DNA from: Candidatus Nomurabacteria bacterium
GTDB taxonomy: Bacteria; Patescibacteriota; Minisyncoccia; Phycocordibacterales; UBA9973
NCBI GenBank assembly: GCA_943359485.1
Contig: CALRHR010000003.1
Coordinates: 1-59,217, forward strand
Direction: 5' to 3'
DNA length: 59,217 nucleotides
Positions within the stretch are counted from its first letter, which is position 1. Each line of letters begins with the position of its first letter. The notes under the pieces were generated by a model, which saw only the letters and a list, made by a program, of their open reading frames with translations, was not told the DNA's origin and searched no databases. Shown here in pieces: positions 8,183-18,171 of this stretch. Made by a program: the position numbers and the translations under genes.

Positions 8183-9223
8183 ATGGATAAAAAGTCAACC
8201 CCAAAAACAAAAGACTCGGCAGGTAAGACTGAGGACTCATTCCTAGACACCACTCTCCGCCCAAGAGTCTGGGATGAATATATCGGCCAAAAACACATAA
8301 AAGACAATGTGAAGATTCTATTGCGGGCGGCTCTAGAGCGAGGACACATCCCCGAGCATATTCTTTTTTATGGGCCACCAGGACTCGGCAAGACTACCCT
8401 TGCACACTTGATTGCCAAGGAAACTGGCCGACAGATGAAAATAACTTCCGGGCCAGCCATAGAAAAAGTTGGCGACTTGGCTTCCATTCTGACCAATCTA
8501 TCTCCAGGTGACATTCTTTTTATAGATGAAATTCACCGTCTAAACAGAATGGTGGAAGAGATTCTCTACCCCGCGATGGAGTCTGGCGTACTCGACATCA
8601 TTATAGGCAAGGGTCCTTCGGCTCGAACCATTCAGCTTGACCTCCCTCCCTTTACACTCATTGCTGCCACCACTCGCGTGGCGCTCGTATCCTCACCTTT
8701 GCGTTCTCGATTCTCTGGTGGAGTTTTCCGATTAGAATTTTATTCGAATGAAGAGATTGCTCAAATTATAGACAGATCCAGTAAACTTTTAGAAATTGTA
8801 TTCGACAAAGACGCCTTAGAAGAAATAGCCAAGAGAAGCCGGTTCACTCCACGCACGGCAAATTATTTTTTAAAAAGAGTTCGCGACTTTGCGCAAGTAA
8901 ATAAAAAAACTGAAGAAAAATACTTAAATAAACAAACAGTCAAAGATGCATTAAATATGCTAGCCATAGATGATATCGGGCTAAACTCATCAGATAGAAA
9001 ATTTTTGGAAATACTTATAGAAAAATTTAATGGTGGACCTGTGGGACTCAAAACCATCAGCGCGGCTATGTCAGAAGAAGAAGCCACAGTAGAAGAAGTG
9101 ATAGAGCCATACCTAATCCAGCTCGGGCTCCTCGAACGCACCGCCCGCGGTCGTGTAGCGACAAAGAAAGCGTACGAGCATTTGGGGTTTAAACAGGAAA
9201 CTGAACAAGAAAAACTTTTATGA
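8183..9223 (+). CDS. ruvB: Holliday junction branch migration helicase RuvB
   Basis: RPRVWDEYIGQ, Walker A GPPGLGKTT, Walker B IDEIHRL, and a C-terminal winged-helix region typical of RuvB. Confidence 0.95.
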   Translation: MDKKSTPKTKDSAGKTEDSFLDTTLRPRVWDEYIGQKHIKDNVKILLRAALERGHIPEHILFYGPPGLGKTTLAHLIAKETGRQMKITSGPAIEKVGDLASILTNLSPGDILFIDEIHRLNRMVEEILYPAMESGVLDIIIGKGPSARTIQLDLPPFTLIAATTRVALVSSPLRSRFSGGVFRLEFYSNEEIAQIIDRSSKLLEIVFDKDALEEIAKRSRFTPRTANYFLKRVRDFAQVNKKTEEKYLNKQTVKDALNMLAIDDIGLNSSDRKFLEILIEKFNGGPVGLKTISAAMSEEEATVEEVIEPYLIQLGLLERTARGRVATKKAYEHLGFKQETEQEKLL

Positions 9224-9717
9224 GAATTTTAGGAATAGACCCGGGGTATGAAAGGTTGGGCATAGCAGTTTTAGAACAGCCCCACTACGCTGAAGCTTCG
9301 CGGGGTGGAAAAAAACACACAGTGGTTTTTTCCGAATGTTTTAAAACTTCCAGTAAGTTAGAATTTTCTCGGAGGTTGTCTTTGATTGGTGAAGAAATAA
9401 AAAATGTAATAAAAAAATACAAGCCGGAAGTGCTAGCGATTGAATCATTATTTTTAAATACCAATCAAAAGACAGTGATGCGCGTGGCGGAAGCCCGCGG
9501 TGTAGTGGTATATGAAGCTGCGCAAGCGGGATTAAAAATTTTCGAAGCTACCCCGCTACAAATAAAAATAGCCACCACAGGTTATGGTCGCGCAGATAAA
9601 ACACAGGTCATGAAGATGACCAGAATTTTGGTAAAAATAGATGATTCTAAAAAGTCAGACGACGAACTCGACGCTATCGCCATTGCTTTAACTATTTTTG
9701 CACATAAAAAATTTTAG
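9220..9717 (+). CDS. ruvC: crossover junction endodeoxyribonuclease RuvC
   Basis: MRILGIDPGY.., AIESLF, DELDAIAIAL catalytic acidic signature. Overlaps the ruvB stop by 4 nt. Confidence 0.9.
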   Translation: MRILGIDPGYERLGIAVLEQPHYAEASRGGKKHTVVFSECFKTSSKLEFSRRLSLIGEEIKNVIKKYKPEVLAIESLFLNTNQKTVMRVAEARGVVVYEAAQAGLKIFEATPLQIKIATTGYGRADKTQVMKMTRILVKIDDSKKSDDELDAIAIALTIFAHKKF

Positions 9718-9720
9718 AAC

Positions 9721-9852
9721 CTAAACATCTTTATCTGGATCTTCTTCATCTAAACCAAAATCTTCATGCATACCTTCTGGTATCTCTAATTCTGCATCTT
9801 CATCATCATTGATCTTAAAACCACTATTTACTTCATCATCATCGTAACTCAT
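9721..9852 (-). CDS. small highly acidic hypothetical protein
   Basis: Start taken at the internal ATG (MSYDDDEVNSG..DEEDPDKDV). The upstream part of the listed ORF runs through a hairpin (9918-9939). Confidence 0.2.
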   Translation of the reverse strand: MSYDDDEVNSGFKINDDEDAELEIPEGMHEDFGLDEEDPDKDV

Positions 9853-10080
9853 ATTATAAAAATTTTTTATTAAATAAAAGGGATTAAACCTTATGTTACG
9901 ACTTCGACTCGGACATTGTGAGTGAGAATACTCACTCACATGCTCCTTACTTATCGTAATAAGCGACCTAAAAATAAACTTCTGATTAATTTCCTACTTT
10001 GTAGCAAAATAAAAAAGTCTTGGCAATAGAAAATGTGGATAACTCCCAATTTTTTATTTTTGGAGAAAATTTTAAAAATT

Positions 10081-10135
10081 GAGGATCTCATTCGAGCCTG
10101 AGACTCTCAGAGCCGATGGCCCGAATGTAATAAGG
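10081..10135. repeat. family B repeat, reverse orientation
   Basis: The reverse complement reads ..GGCTCTGAGAGTCTCAGGCTCGAATGAGATCCTC. Confidence 0.55.
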
Positions 10136-10142
10136 GATAATT

Positions 10143-11339
10143 TTAGATTAAAATCTTAACAAACCTTTTTTTGCCTATTTTAAGGGTTAAATTCTGTGAA
10201 ATTTTCAGATTCACATCTGTAATATTTTTGTCTTGAATTAAATCATGAACAGCATTTTCCAACACCAACCTGCGCCATTCACTCTTGGAAGATAAAATCT
10301 TATTTTTTACCAGAAACTCAGAAAGAAGCTCCCCTGTTTTTGCTTTTATTTCTTCTATTTCATCTGGAATTTCTTTTTTCTGGAAAGTGTTTTCCCAAAC
10401 TTCTTGCGCTTTTTTAGCTTGGTTGATATTATTTAAATCTTTGACAATCTCAAAGGCTAGGAGTTTTTTATTTTCTAAAGGATTTTTATTTGGAATTTCG
10501 CCCATCGGTATACTAGTTAGAGATTCAAAGCATTGTGAAATTGTTTCATCTGGAAAAGCCATTATTTTACCAAATAGGTTTTCTGGTTTATCATCTATGG
10601 CAATCGCATTACCTTCGGTTTTACCTATTTTTACACCCTGACTATCTTCCAAAAGTTTGGTGGTCATAACAAATTTTTCTTTCTTTAAAATTTGTTTCAT
10701 TAGTTTTCGACCCATCATCATATTAAACATTTGATCTCTACCACCGACTTCCAAATCAACATCCATAGCAACGGAATCGTAAGCTTGCATAACCGGATAT
10801 AAAAATTCGCTAGTAGCAATATCTTGGCCCCGTTTTAATCTTTCTTGAAACATGTCTCTCTCGATGACCTGGCTATATGTTAAATTCCCTGCAATTTCTA
10901 AAAATTCTAATGCGCTTAGTTTTCCAAGCCAATCTCCATTGAAAAGTACTTGTACCGGGTTATCACCATCAAATTTCAAAATTTTAGAAGCTTGATGTTG
11001 GTAGTTCTTGGCATTAGCAAGAGTTTCTTTATGAGTAAGAACTTTTCTAGAAGAAAGTTTCCCGGAGGGATCACCTATCCTTGCAGTATAGTCGCCAATC
11101 AAAAATATAACGTGATGCCCAAGTGCTTGCCACTCTGCAAGCTTTTTCAAACCCACCATATGCCCAATATGAAGCTTATCCCCTGTTGGGTCAAATCCTT
11201 GATATAACCTAAGCTTTTTGCCAGAACGCAAAACTTTTTCCAAGTCTTCTTTTGAGGGATAAATCTTATCTACCCCCCGGGTCAGTAATTCACTTATTTT
11301 GTCAGTATTTTCTGAATGCATATTCGGATTATAGCACAT
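10143..11339 (-). CDS. tyrS: tyrosine--tRNA ligase
   Basis: HIGH motif (LHIGHMVG), GGRDQMFN, KMSKS-equivalent KIGKT, and a C-terminal S4-like domain. 398 aa. Confidence 0.9.
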   Translation of the reverse strand: MCYNPNMHSENTDKISELLTRGVDKIYPSKEDLEKVLRSGKKLRLYQGFDPTGDKLHIGHMVGLKKLAEWQALGHHVIFLIGDYTARIGDPSGKLSSRKVLTHKETLANAKNYQHQASKILKFDGDNPVQVLFNGDWLGKLSALEFLEIAGNLTYSQVIERDMFQERLKRGQDIATSEFLYPVMQAYDSVAMDVDLEVGGRDQMFNMMMGRKLMKQILKKEKFVMTTKLLEDSQGVKIGKTEGNAIAIDDKPENLFGKIMAFPDETISQCFESLTSIPMGEIPNKNPLENKKLLAFEIVKDLNNINQAKKAQEVWENTFQKKEIPDEIEEIKAKTGELLSEFLVKNKILSSKSEWRRLVLENAVHDLIQDKNITDVNLKISQNLTLKIGKKRFVKILI

Positions 11340-11361
11340 TTTCTGTTATGATTAACCTTAA

Positions 11362-13878
11362 ATGAAAAAGTTGTTAAAAACTAATAGACTATTAAGAAAT
11401 TTATTGTGGTTTGGCGCGGGTGTTTTCGTTTTAGTGACAGGACTAGTGATTTTCTGGCTTGCTTCATTCCAAATTCCAGACTTCCATTCTTTTAATAACA
11501 GAAGAGTCGAAAGTTCCACAAAACTATATGATCGCACAGGAGAAATTTTGCTCTACGATATTCACCGTGATGTTAAAAGAACTGATATATCTTTTGAAAA
11601 CATGGGGATAAATATTAAAAATGCCACAGTAGCCATTGAGGATTCCGAGTTTTATAACCATAGTGGAGTCCGAATAACTTCTACTATTCGCGCAATTCTT
11701 TCAAATATATTTGGCTTTGGAATAGGCGGTGGTGGTTCAACCATCACCCAACAACTAGTAAAGAACACTCTTTTAACAAAAGAGAAATCTTACACCCGTA
11801 AAATAAAGGAGTGGGTTTTGGCGACTAAAATAGATAAGACTTTGTCGAAAGAAAAAATTCTTGAATATTATTTAAATGAGGCTCCGTATGGAGGCACGGT
11901 TTATGGTATTGAAGAAGCCAGTAAAACTTATTTTAATAAAAGTGCATTAGACTTAACACTAGCTGAAGCGGCATATCTCGCTGCCATCCCACAGTCCCCG
12001 ACCACACTCTCGCCTTATGGTAAGAACAAAGATAAATTGGAAACTAGAAAAAATTTAGTGCTTTCAAGAATGCTCCAAATAAATTTTACAACACAGGAAG
12101 AACATGATAAAGCAAAAAGCGAAACAGTGTTATTCATACCCCAGGATACAACTGGAATCAAGGCACCTCATTTCGTTTTCTTTATTAAAAATTATTTAGA
12201 AGAAAAATATGGAAGTGAACTGGTGGAAAAAGGCGGACTGAAAGTTACCACTACTCTGGATTATAAATTACAAGAGGTGGGAGAAAAAATAGTGAAAGAG
12301 GGAGCGTTAAAAAATGAAAAAGACTGGGATGGAAACAATGCCTCTTTGGTATCCATAGACCCAAAAACGGGACAGATTTTGACTATGGTGGGATCAAGAG
12401 ATTATTTTGATAAGAATATTGATGGAAATTTCAATGTCGCCACCGCCCTACGACAACCAGGGTCTTCTTTTAAACCCTTTATTTACGCTACAGCTTTCAA
12501 CAAGGGTTTTACAGCGGATACTGTACTCTTTGACCTACCTACAGAATTTCAGACAACCTGTGACCCTTATGGTAGGGCTTTGGCAGGACACAATCAAAAA
12601 GATTGTTATATGCCGGAAAATTATGATGGTAAAACTCGCGGACCGATGAGCTTGCGAGATGCTTTGGCTCAATCAATCAACATCCCGGCGGTAAAACTTT
12701 TTTATCTAGTGGGTATGACAGATGCATTAAAGACTGCAGAAGATATGGGTATAAATTCATTAGGTGCTATCGGTCGGTACGGACTTACACTTGTTATTGG
12801 GGGTGGAGAAGTATCATTGCTCGATATGTCGTCGGCTTTTGGGGTTTTTGCAAACGACGGAGTTCGAAATCCACATACAGGAATTTTAAAAATTGAAGAT
12901 CTTAACGGAAAAATTTTAGAAGAATATCAACCAACTCTACGCAAAGTTCTACCCAAAAATACAGCACTCCTTATCTCTGCTATTATGTCGAATGAAAAGG
13001 CCCGTACGCCAACTTTTGGGATACATTCAGCTCTGTACATACCTGGGAAGGATGTGGCAGTAAAAACTGGAACAACTAACAACAATAAAGATGCCTGGAC
13101 TATCGGCTACACCCCATCAATTGTGGTTGGAGTTTGGGCCGGCAATAATGATAATAAACCAATGAAAAAGGGTGGAGTTAGTTTAGCTGGACCGATTTGG
13201 AATAAATTTATAAGTGAAGCGCTGAAAACATTACCAGATGATAAATTTGAAGAACCAGATCTAGAAATTGACCCACTATTAGTAAAACCAGTACTTCGGG
13301 GTTTTTGGCAAGGCAACGAAAATTTTTTCATAGATAAAATTTCAGGTAGATTGGCAACAGAACTGACTCCTAGAGAAACTTTACAGGAAAAAGTGATTAC
13401 CAATGTGCATTCGATTTTGTACTGGGTAAATAAAAAAGACATTACTGGACCACCACCTCCCAATCCAGAAAAAGACCCACAATTTAATCACTTTGAAATT
13501 CCTGTGCAGAATTGGTGGAGGGAAAACAAAGGGAGATACCCAATTACAACCTTCGAAGACAAACCAACCACAACAGACAATGTGCATACTGAAAAATCAA
13601 AACCATCAATTACTATCCTTGAGCCTAATGAAAATAAAATTTATAAATCTGACCAAAAAATAAGATTAAGATTTTCTAATTCTAGCCCTTACCCTATAAC
13701 CAAAATGGATATTTTTGTTAACAATTCATACCTCGGAACTTTAAATGGAACTTCCGACTTTTCTTTTACTCCTGCCGAATTAGAAAATTTACAGAAAAAT
13801 AATGAACTCAAAATAGTAGCCTACGATAATGTTTACAACACTAGCGAAACTTCTTTAATATTTAAAGTACAAAATTAG
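11362..13878 (+). CDS. bifunctional penicillin-binding protein 1A (glycosyltransferase + transpeptidase)
   Basis: N-terminal TM segment, GT51 motif EDSEFYNHSGV, and transpeptidase motifs SSFKP and KTGTT. C-terminal Ig-like extension. Confidence 0.9.
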   Translation: MKKLLKTNRLLRNLLWFGAGVFVLVTGLVIFWLASFQIPDFHSFNNRRVESSTKLYDRTGEILLYDIHRDVKRTDISFENMGINIKNATVAIEDSEFYNHSGVRITSTIRAILSNIFGFGIGGGGSTITQQLVKNTLLTKEKSYTRKIKEWVLATKIDKTLSKEKILEYYLNEAPYGGTVYGIEEASKTYFNKSALDLTLAEAAYLAAIPQSPTTLSPYGKNKDKLETRKNLVLSRMLQINFTTQEEHDKAKSETVLFIPQDTTGIKAPHFVFFIKNYLEEKYGSELVEKGGLKVTTTLDYKLQEVGEKIVKEGALKNEKDWDGNNASLVSIDPKTGQILTMVGSRDYFDKNIDGNFNVATALRQPGSSFKPFIYATAFNKGFTADTVLFDLPTEFQTTCDPYGRALAGHNQKDCYMPENYDGKTRGPMSLRDALAQSINIPAVKLFYLVGMTDALKTAEDMGINSLGAIGRYGLTLVIGGGEVSLLDMSSAFGVFANDGVRNPHTGILKIEDLNGKILEEYQPTLRKVLPKNTALLISAIMSNEKARTPTFGIHSALYIPGKDVAVKTGTTNNNKDAWTIGYTPSIVVGVWAGNNDNKPMKKGGVSLAGPIWNKFISEALKTLPDDKFEEPDLEIDPLLVKPVLRGFWQGNENFFIDKISGRLATELTPRETLQEKVITNVHSILYWVNKKDITGPPPPNPEKDPQFNHFEIPVQNWWRENKGRYPITTFEDKPTTTDNVHTEKSKPSITILEPNENKIYKSDQKIRLRFSNSSPYPITKMDIFVNNSYLGTLNGTSDFSFTPAELENLQKNNELKIVAYDNVYNTSETSLIFKVQN

Positions 13879-13906
13879 CTTAAAAAAAGACTAATGTGAC
13901 AGGGTT

Positions 13907-15004
13907 CTACCGATTCATCGGCATGATGAGATAAGTAAAGGATGTGTCGGAAATGGGTGAGATGACTATAGGACTACCGGATCCAGAAAGTTTGATAGAC
14001 AAGCTGTCTGTGGTTATGGATTGGAAACAGTCTAAAAAATATTTATAATTAAAACCAAGTTCAACAGACTCCCCAGTTATAGCAGCATCCAAAACAGTTT
14101 TATTTTCTCCGATGTCATTGTTGGAAGATGAAAGTTGAAAAACTTTTTCTTTCGGTATGATTTTTAAATCAACCTGATTAAATTTATCTGAAAAGATATT
14201 AGAAAGTTTTAATGCATTTAGTAAATCTTGTTTTAATATCACCGCCTCAGTCGTAGAATTCTTTGGAATAATCTGCCTGTAGTCAGGGAAAACCCCATCA
14301 ATCACCCGTGAGGTTAAGTAAATATCTTCCGAAGAAAAAGAAATTTGGTTTTTACTAAAAAATACTTTAATAATTCCATTAAAATCACCAAAAACTCTTA
14401 ATATTTCAGAAATGTTTTTAAATGGGATTAATATACCTCCAATCTCAGGAAGACCTTTCACTTTAACTTTTTTCTCAGCCAATCTAAAAGAATCCGTAGA
14501 AACAAACACTAAGTTGTCTTCATAAGTATACAAAAAAACACTTGAAATCTCTGGCTTAATGTCAGAAATTGAAGCACTATAATAAACTGATTTTATTCCA
14601 TCAATTAGTTTCTTGGCTTCTATATCAAAACTTTCTCCTACTACCCTAGGGATGGTTGGGAAATCTTCATTGGGTTGTCCTTTTAATTTTATTTTACTTT
14701 TTTTAGTTTGAATTAATAAATTACCTTCAATCCCTTCGAGTTTAACAGTCTCATTTTGAAAAAAATTAGCAAAAGTATTATTCAACACAACTCCAGGAAC
14801 AGCCAATACTCCTTCTTGTTCAACTTTCGCAAGAATTTCTATTTCAATACCAAGACTAAGATTAGTAGATCTAAGTTTTAATGATTTACCAGATGCTACT
14901 AAAAGAATCGAGTTTAAAACCGGCAATGATAAATTTTTTCCAGTTACTCTTTCTGTTTGAGAAATTTTATTTTTAATTTCTTCTATTTTGCATTCTAATT
15001 TCAT
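13907..15004 (-). CDS. dnaN: DNA polymerase III beta sliding clamp
   Basis: 365 aa, three-domain clamp-like pattern, located immediately downstream of dnaA. Confidence 0.9.
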   Translation of the reverse strand: MKLECKIEEIKNKISQTERVTGKNLSLPVLNSILLVASGKSLKLRSTNLSLGIEIEILAKVEQEGVLAVPGVVLNNTFANFFQNETVKLEGIEGNLLIQTKKSKIKLKGQPNEDFPTIPRVVGESFDIEAKKLIDGIKSVYYSASISDIKPEISSVFLYTYEDNLVFVSTDSFRLAEKKVKVKGLPEIGGILIPFKNISEILRVFGDFNGIIKVFFSKNQISFSSEDIYLTSRVIDGVFPDYRQIIPKNSTTEAVILKQDLLNALKLSNIFSDKFNQVDLKIIPKEKVFQLSSSNNDIGENKTVLDAAITGESVELGFNYKYFLDCFQSITTDSLSIKLSGSGSPIVISPISDTSFTYLIMPMNR

Positions 15005-15210
15005 GTGTTTGTTTATATTTTCTATTTTAAATTTATTAATACTATTATTGGTGTGGATAAGTGGATAAACTATTTTATACTTATTTTATATGACTTTTTT
15101 GTTTAATTTGTTTTTAATTTTTGACTAATAACCTTCGTTTTATTTTAGATTAAATATTAGATTTCTAATTTTCTTTTGTTTTATTATTTTTTATCCCCAT
15201 AATTCTAACA
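15005..15210. promoter_or_regulatory. candidate oriC (dnaA-dnaN intergenic, DnaA boxes plus AT-rich tract)
   Basis: TGTGGATAA (15052-15060, perfect DnaA box in reverse complement) abuts AGTGGATAA (15060-15068). An extremely AT-rich ~140 bp follows. Confidence 0.6.
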
Positions 15211-16557
15211 CTATTTAAACATAATTCTAATTTGCTCTAATTCTTGTAATAACTGCGGGTCATTTTTAAGGTCTGCTTTTATTTTTAAACACGAGTGTAT
15301 AACAGTTGTATGATCTTTTCCGCCAAGCTTTTGCCCGATTAGTGGATATGATACATTAAAATCTTCTCGTAATAAATACATAACTATTTGTCTTGCTTTG
15401 ACGATTTCTTTTTTTCTAGTTTTTTCGTAAACAGAAGCCTCTTCTAATTTATAATGCTCACTGACTATTCTTACAACATCCTTTATTGCCATATTTTTCT
15501 TTGGTCGCATGTTGTTTTTGAGTAAAAGTTTTACTTCAGGGAGCGAAAGAGGTTTGTTCTTTAATTGGTACTGGCAAACTATGATATTCAGACTTCCCTC
15601 TAGCTCTCTAATATTACCTTCCACAGCTGAGGCGACATATTCTAAAACCTCTTTTTCCAAGGTAACATTCAATTCCCCTAATTTTACCTTTAAAATAGCT
15701 AGACGGGATTCATATTCTGGTGGAGAAATGTCTACAATCATACCGGCGGCAAAACGAGATTTTAGTCGGTCCGCCAGCTCTGGTATATAATTTGGGTGTT
15801 TATCTGAAGAAAAAATTATTTGTTTGTTGTTTTCATAAAAAGTGTTGAAGGTATGAAAGAGTTCTTCTTGGATTTTCTCCATTTTTCCGATAAATTGGAT
15901 GTCGTCGATGATAAGAAGGTCATACTTGCGATATTTTTCCTTAAATGAATTTGCTTTATTATTTTGTAATGAGTTAATAAAATCAGTCGCGAATTTTTCT
16001 AAAGTCATGTAATGCACTTTTTTGTTTGGATATTTTTGTTTGATTGAATTTCCTACAGCTTGAATTAAATGAGTTTTACCAAGTCCTGTACCTCCATAGA
16101 TGAAAAAAGGGTTGTATTTTGTACCAGGATTTTCAATAATCGCCTGTGAGGCGGCATAGGCAAGTTCATTAAAAGCTCCTACAATAAAAGAATTGAAGTG
16201 GTAGCGTGGGTTTAAGTTGTCTTCTTGATTTATATAAAGGTCTTTAAGTGGTAATTCTTTGTTGACATAAGTTTCATTGCTTATTATTGGAAGTTCTTCC
16301 TTAGTATTTTCTACTTTTGCAATAATGTATTCTACCGCCCGCATGTTTTCGTAGGTGTCAGCAATGGTTTTAGTAATTAGTTTATGGTATTTATTCATAA
16401 GCCAATCACGAACAAATTCATTTGGCACGCCGATATAAATAATACCTGTTTCCTCTCTTAAAATAGATGTGTTTTTAAACCAAGTGCTGAAGTTTGCTTT
16501 TGAAATACCTGTTTCTATTTCTGCTAAACAATTTTTCCAAAGTTGTTTTGGATTCAT
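15211..16557 (-). CDS. dnaA: chromosomal replication initiator DnaA
   Basis: AAA+ Walker A GGTGLGKTHL, Walker B LLIIDDIQF, and the C-terminal DNA-binding signature ..IGQKLGGKDHTTVIHS. Confidence 0.95.
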   Translation of the reverse strand: MNPKQLWKNCLAEIETGISKANFSTWFKNTSILREETGIIYIGVPNEFVRDWLMNKYHKLITKTIADTYENMRAVEYIIAKVENTKEELPIISNETYVNKELPLKDLYINQEDNLNPRYHFNSFIVGAFNELAYAASQAIIENPGTKYNPFFIYGGTGLGKTHLIQAVGNSIKQKYPNKKVHYMTLEKFATDFINSLQNNKANSFKEKYRKYDLLIIDDIQFIGKMEKIQEELFHTFNTFYENNKQIIFSSDKHPNYIPELADRLKSRFAAGMIVDISPPEYESRLAILKVKLGELNVTLEKEVLEYVASAVEGNIRELEGSLNIIVCQYQLKNKPLSLPEVKLLLKNNMRPKKNMAIKDVVRIVSEHYKLEEASVYEKTRKKEIVKARQIVMYLLREDFNVSYPLIGQKLGGKDHTTVIHSCLKIKADLKNDPQLLQELEQIRIMFK

Positions 16558-16624
16558 GATTTCATATTACACTATTAATTTTTGAAACCCAAGGTTAGAA
16601 AACTTACTAACTATGTTGATAATC

Positions 16625-16633
16625 TGTGGATAA
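16625..16633. promoter_or_regulatory. DnaA box upstream of dnaA
   Basis: Perfect TGTGGATAA 9-mer. Confidence 0.55.
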
Positions 16634-16634
16634 G

Positions 16635-16713
16635 ATAGGCGCTAGGCCCTAGGAAATTTAGGCGCTAGTTTTTTAAATTGCTAATGCCTAAAGCCTAGTT
16701 GCTTAATGCCTAC
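16635..16713. repeat. CTAGGC-type palindromic repeat (family C, copy 1)
   Basis: ATAGGCGCTAGGCCCTAGG..TTAGGCGCTAGTTTTTTAAATTGCTAATGCCTAAAGCCTAGTTGCTTAATGCCTAC. About 45 nt are near-identical to 25735-25782. Confidence 0.7.
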
Positions 16714-16735
16714 TTCTAATGTATATTAGAAGCAT

Positions 16736-16870
16736 ATGTCATTTACATATAAACCGAAAAAAAGAAAAAGAGCCAAGACTCATGGGTTTTTAGTTAGATC
16801 TAGAATCAAGACTGGCAAAAGAGTTATCAAGCGAAGGCGTCAAAAAGGTAGAAAAAAACTGACCGTGTAG
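16736..16870 (+). CDS. rpmH: 50S ribosomal protein L34 (not in the supplied ORF track)
   Basis: Hand translation gives [44 protein letters not shown]. Canonical position upstream of rnpA. Confidence 0.9.
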   Translation: MSFTYKPKKRKRAKTHGFLVRSRIKTGKRVIKRRRQKGRKKLTV

Positions 16871-16875
16871 TTTTT

Positions 16876-17199
16876 ATGCTTCCTAAAAGAAACAGGGTAA
16901 ATAAAAAAGGTATAGACCTTATTTTTAAAACAGGCAAGCTTGTTATCTCCCCAAGCTTTACTTTTAAATTTATTAAAACAAAATTTTCAGCCGTGCAGAT
17001 TTCTTTTATTGTTCCTAAAAGTGTTGCCAAGTTTGCAGTTAAAAGGAATTTATTAAGAAGACTTGGATATAGAACACTAAGAAAATATATTTCTCAGTTC
17101 CCGACTGGGATAATGGGAGTGTTTGTTTTTAAAAAATATCAAGACAATATTTTAAATCTCGAAAATGAAATCAAAAACATATTTAGTAAAATTAATTAA
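16876..17199 (+). CDS. rnpA: ribonuclease P protein component
   Basis: Basic 107-aa protein (MLPKRNRVNKK.., ..AVKRNLLRRLGYR) in the conserved rpmH-rnpA-yidD-yidC order. Confidence 0.85.
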   Translation: MLPKRNRVNKKGIDLIFKTGKLVISPSFTFKFIKTKFSAVQISFIVPKSVAKFAVKRNLLRRLGYRTLRKYISQFPTGIMGVFVFKKYQDNILNLENEIKNIFSKIN

Positions 17200-17374
17200 T
17201 TTTTACCAAAAATTTATTTCCCCTGCTAATAAGTGTGTATTTTACCCATCTTGCTCTGAATACACGAAGCAAGCCATAGAAAAATACGGTTCATTAAAAG
17301 GAATCTGGTTGGGGTTTTCTCGTATTTTGCGCTGTCATCCTTGGCAGAAAAATTGTATTGATCCTTTGCGGTAA
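17165..17374 (+). CDS. yidD: membrane protein insertion efficiency factor YidD
   Basis: FYQKFISP..C.FYPSCSEYTKQAIEKYG..G..LGFSRILRCHPW signature. Confidence 0.85.
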   Translation: MKSKTYLVKLINFYQKFISPANKCVFYPSCSEYTKQAIEKYGSLKGIWLGFSRILRCHPWQKNCIDPLR

Positions 17375-17418
17375 TTATTTTTCTGGTGTTTTCCTACTTT
17401 TTCATATAGAATGAAGAA

Positions 17419-18171
17419 ATGCTAACAAGTATTTGGAATGCTGTTTTATATCAGCCTTTATTGAACGCATTGGCTTTCTTGGTTTCTATTATTCCCGGCG
17501 GGGATATTGGTTTTGCCATTATAATTCTTACTATTTTAGTGAAAATTATACTTTTCCCCCTTTCTCAAAAATCCATTCAAAGCCAGGCTGCCATGAACAT
17601 ACTCGCGCCTGAACTTGAAAAAATAAAAAAAAGTGGGACTTCCAAAGAAGAACAAGCGCGTCTAACTTTTGAGCTATACAAAACACACAAGACTAATCCG
17701 TTTTCTGGATGTTTATTGGTTTTAATCCAGATTCCAATAATTTTTGCACTCTATTATGTTTTTTTCAAAGGAATAAATTTTGAGGGTGATCTACTTTATT
17801 CTTTTATTCATGTTCCAGAAAAGGTAAATACGATGTTTTTGGGAGTTTTGGATATGGGTGGGAAAAGTTTAGTTTTAGCAGTCTTGGCAGGGGTATCTCA
17901 GTATCTACAAGCGTACTACATGCCTAAGCCAGTCTCCCCTACTCCAGTCGCTAATTCTACTCCATCTTTTGGAGAGACTTTTGGGAAAAGTATGAATATG
18001 CAAATGAAGTATGTTTTTCCATTTGTTGTTGCTTTCATTTCTTACACAATTTCTGGGGCAATTGCATTATACTGGATTACTAGTAATATATTTACTGTGG
18101 GACAACAAATCTATGTCGCTAGAGAAAAACCAAGAAATACCTTATTTGTAAAGGCTAAAATCAATGAATAA
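17419..18171 (+). CDS. yidC: membrane protein insertase YidC (short form)
   Basis: Multi-TM protein with ..ELYKTHKTNPFSGCLLVLIQIPIIFALY.. typical of YidC/Oxa1. Confidence 0.85.
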   Translation: MLTSIWNAVLYQPLLNALAFLVSIIPGGDIGFAIIILTILVKIILFPLSQKSIQSQAAMNILAPELEKIKKSGTSKEEQARLTFELYKTHKTNPFSGCLLVLIQIPIIFALYYVFFKGINFEGDLLYSFIHVPEKVNTMFLGVLDMGGKSLVLAVLAGVSQYLQAYYMPKPVSPTPVANSTPSFGETFGKSMNMQMKYVFPFVVAFISYTISGAIALYWITSNIFTVGQQIYVAREKPRNTLFVKAKINE

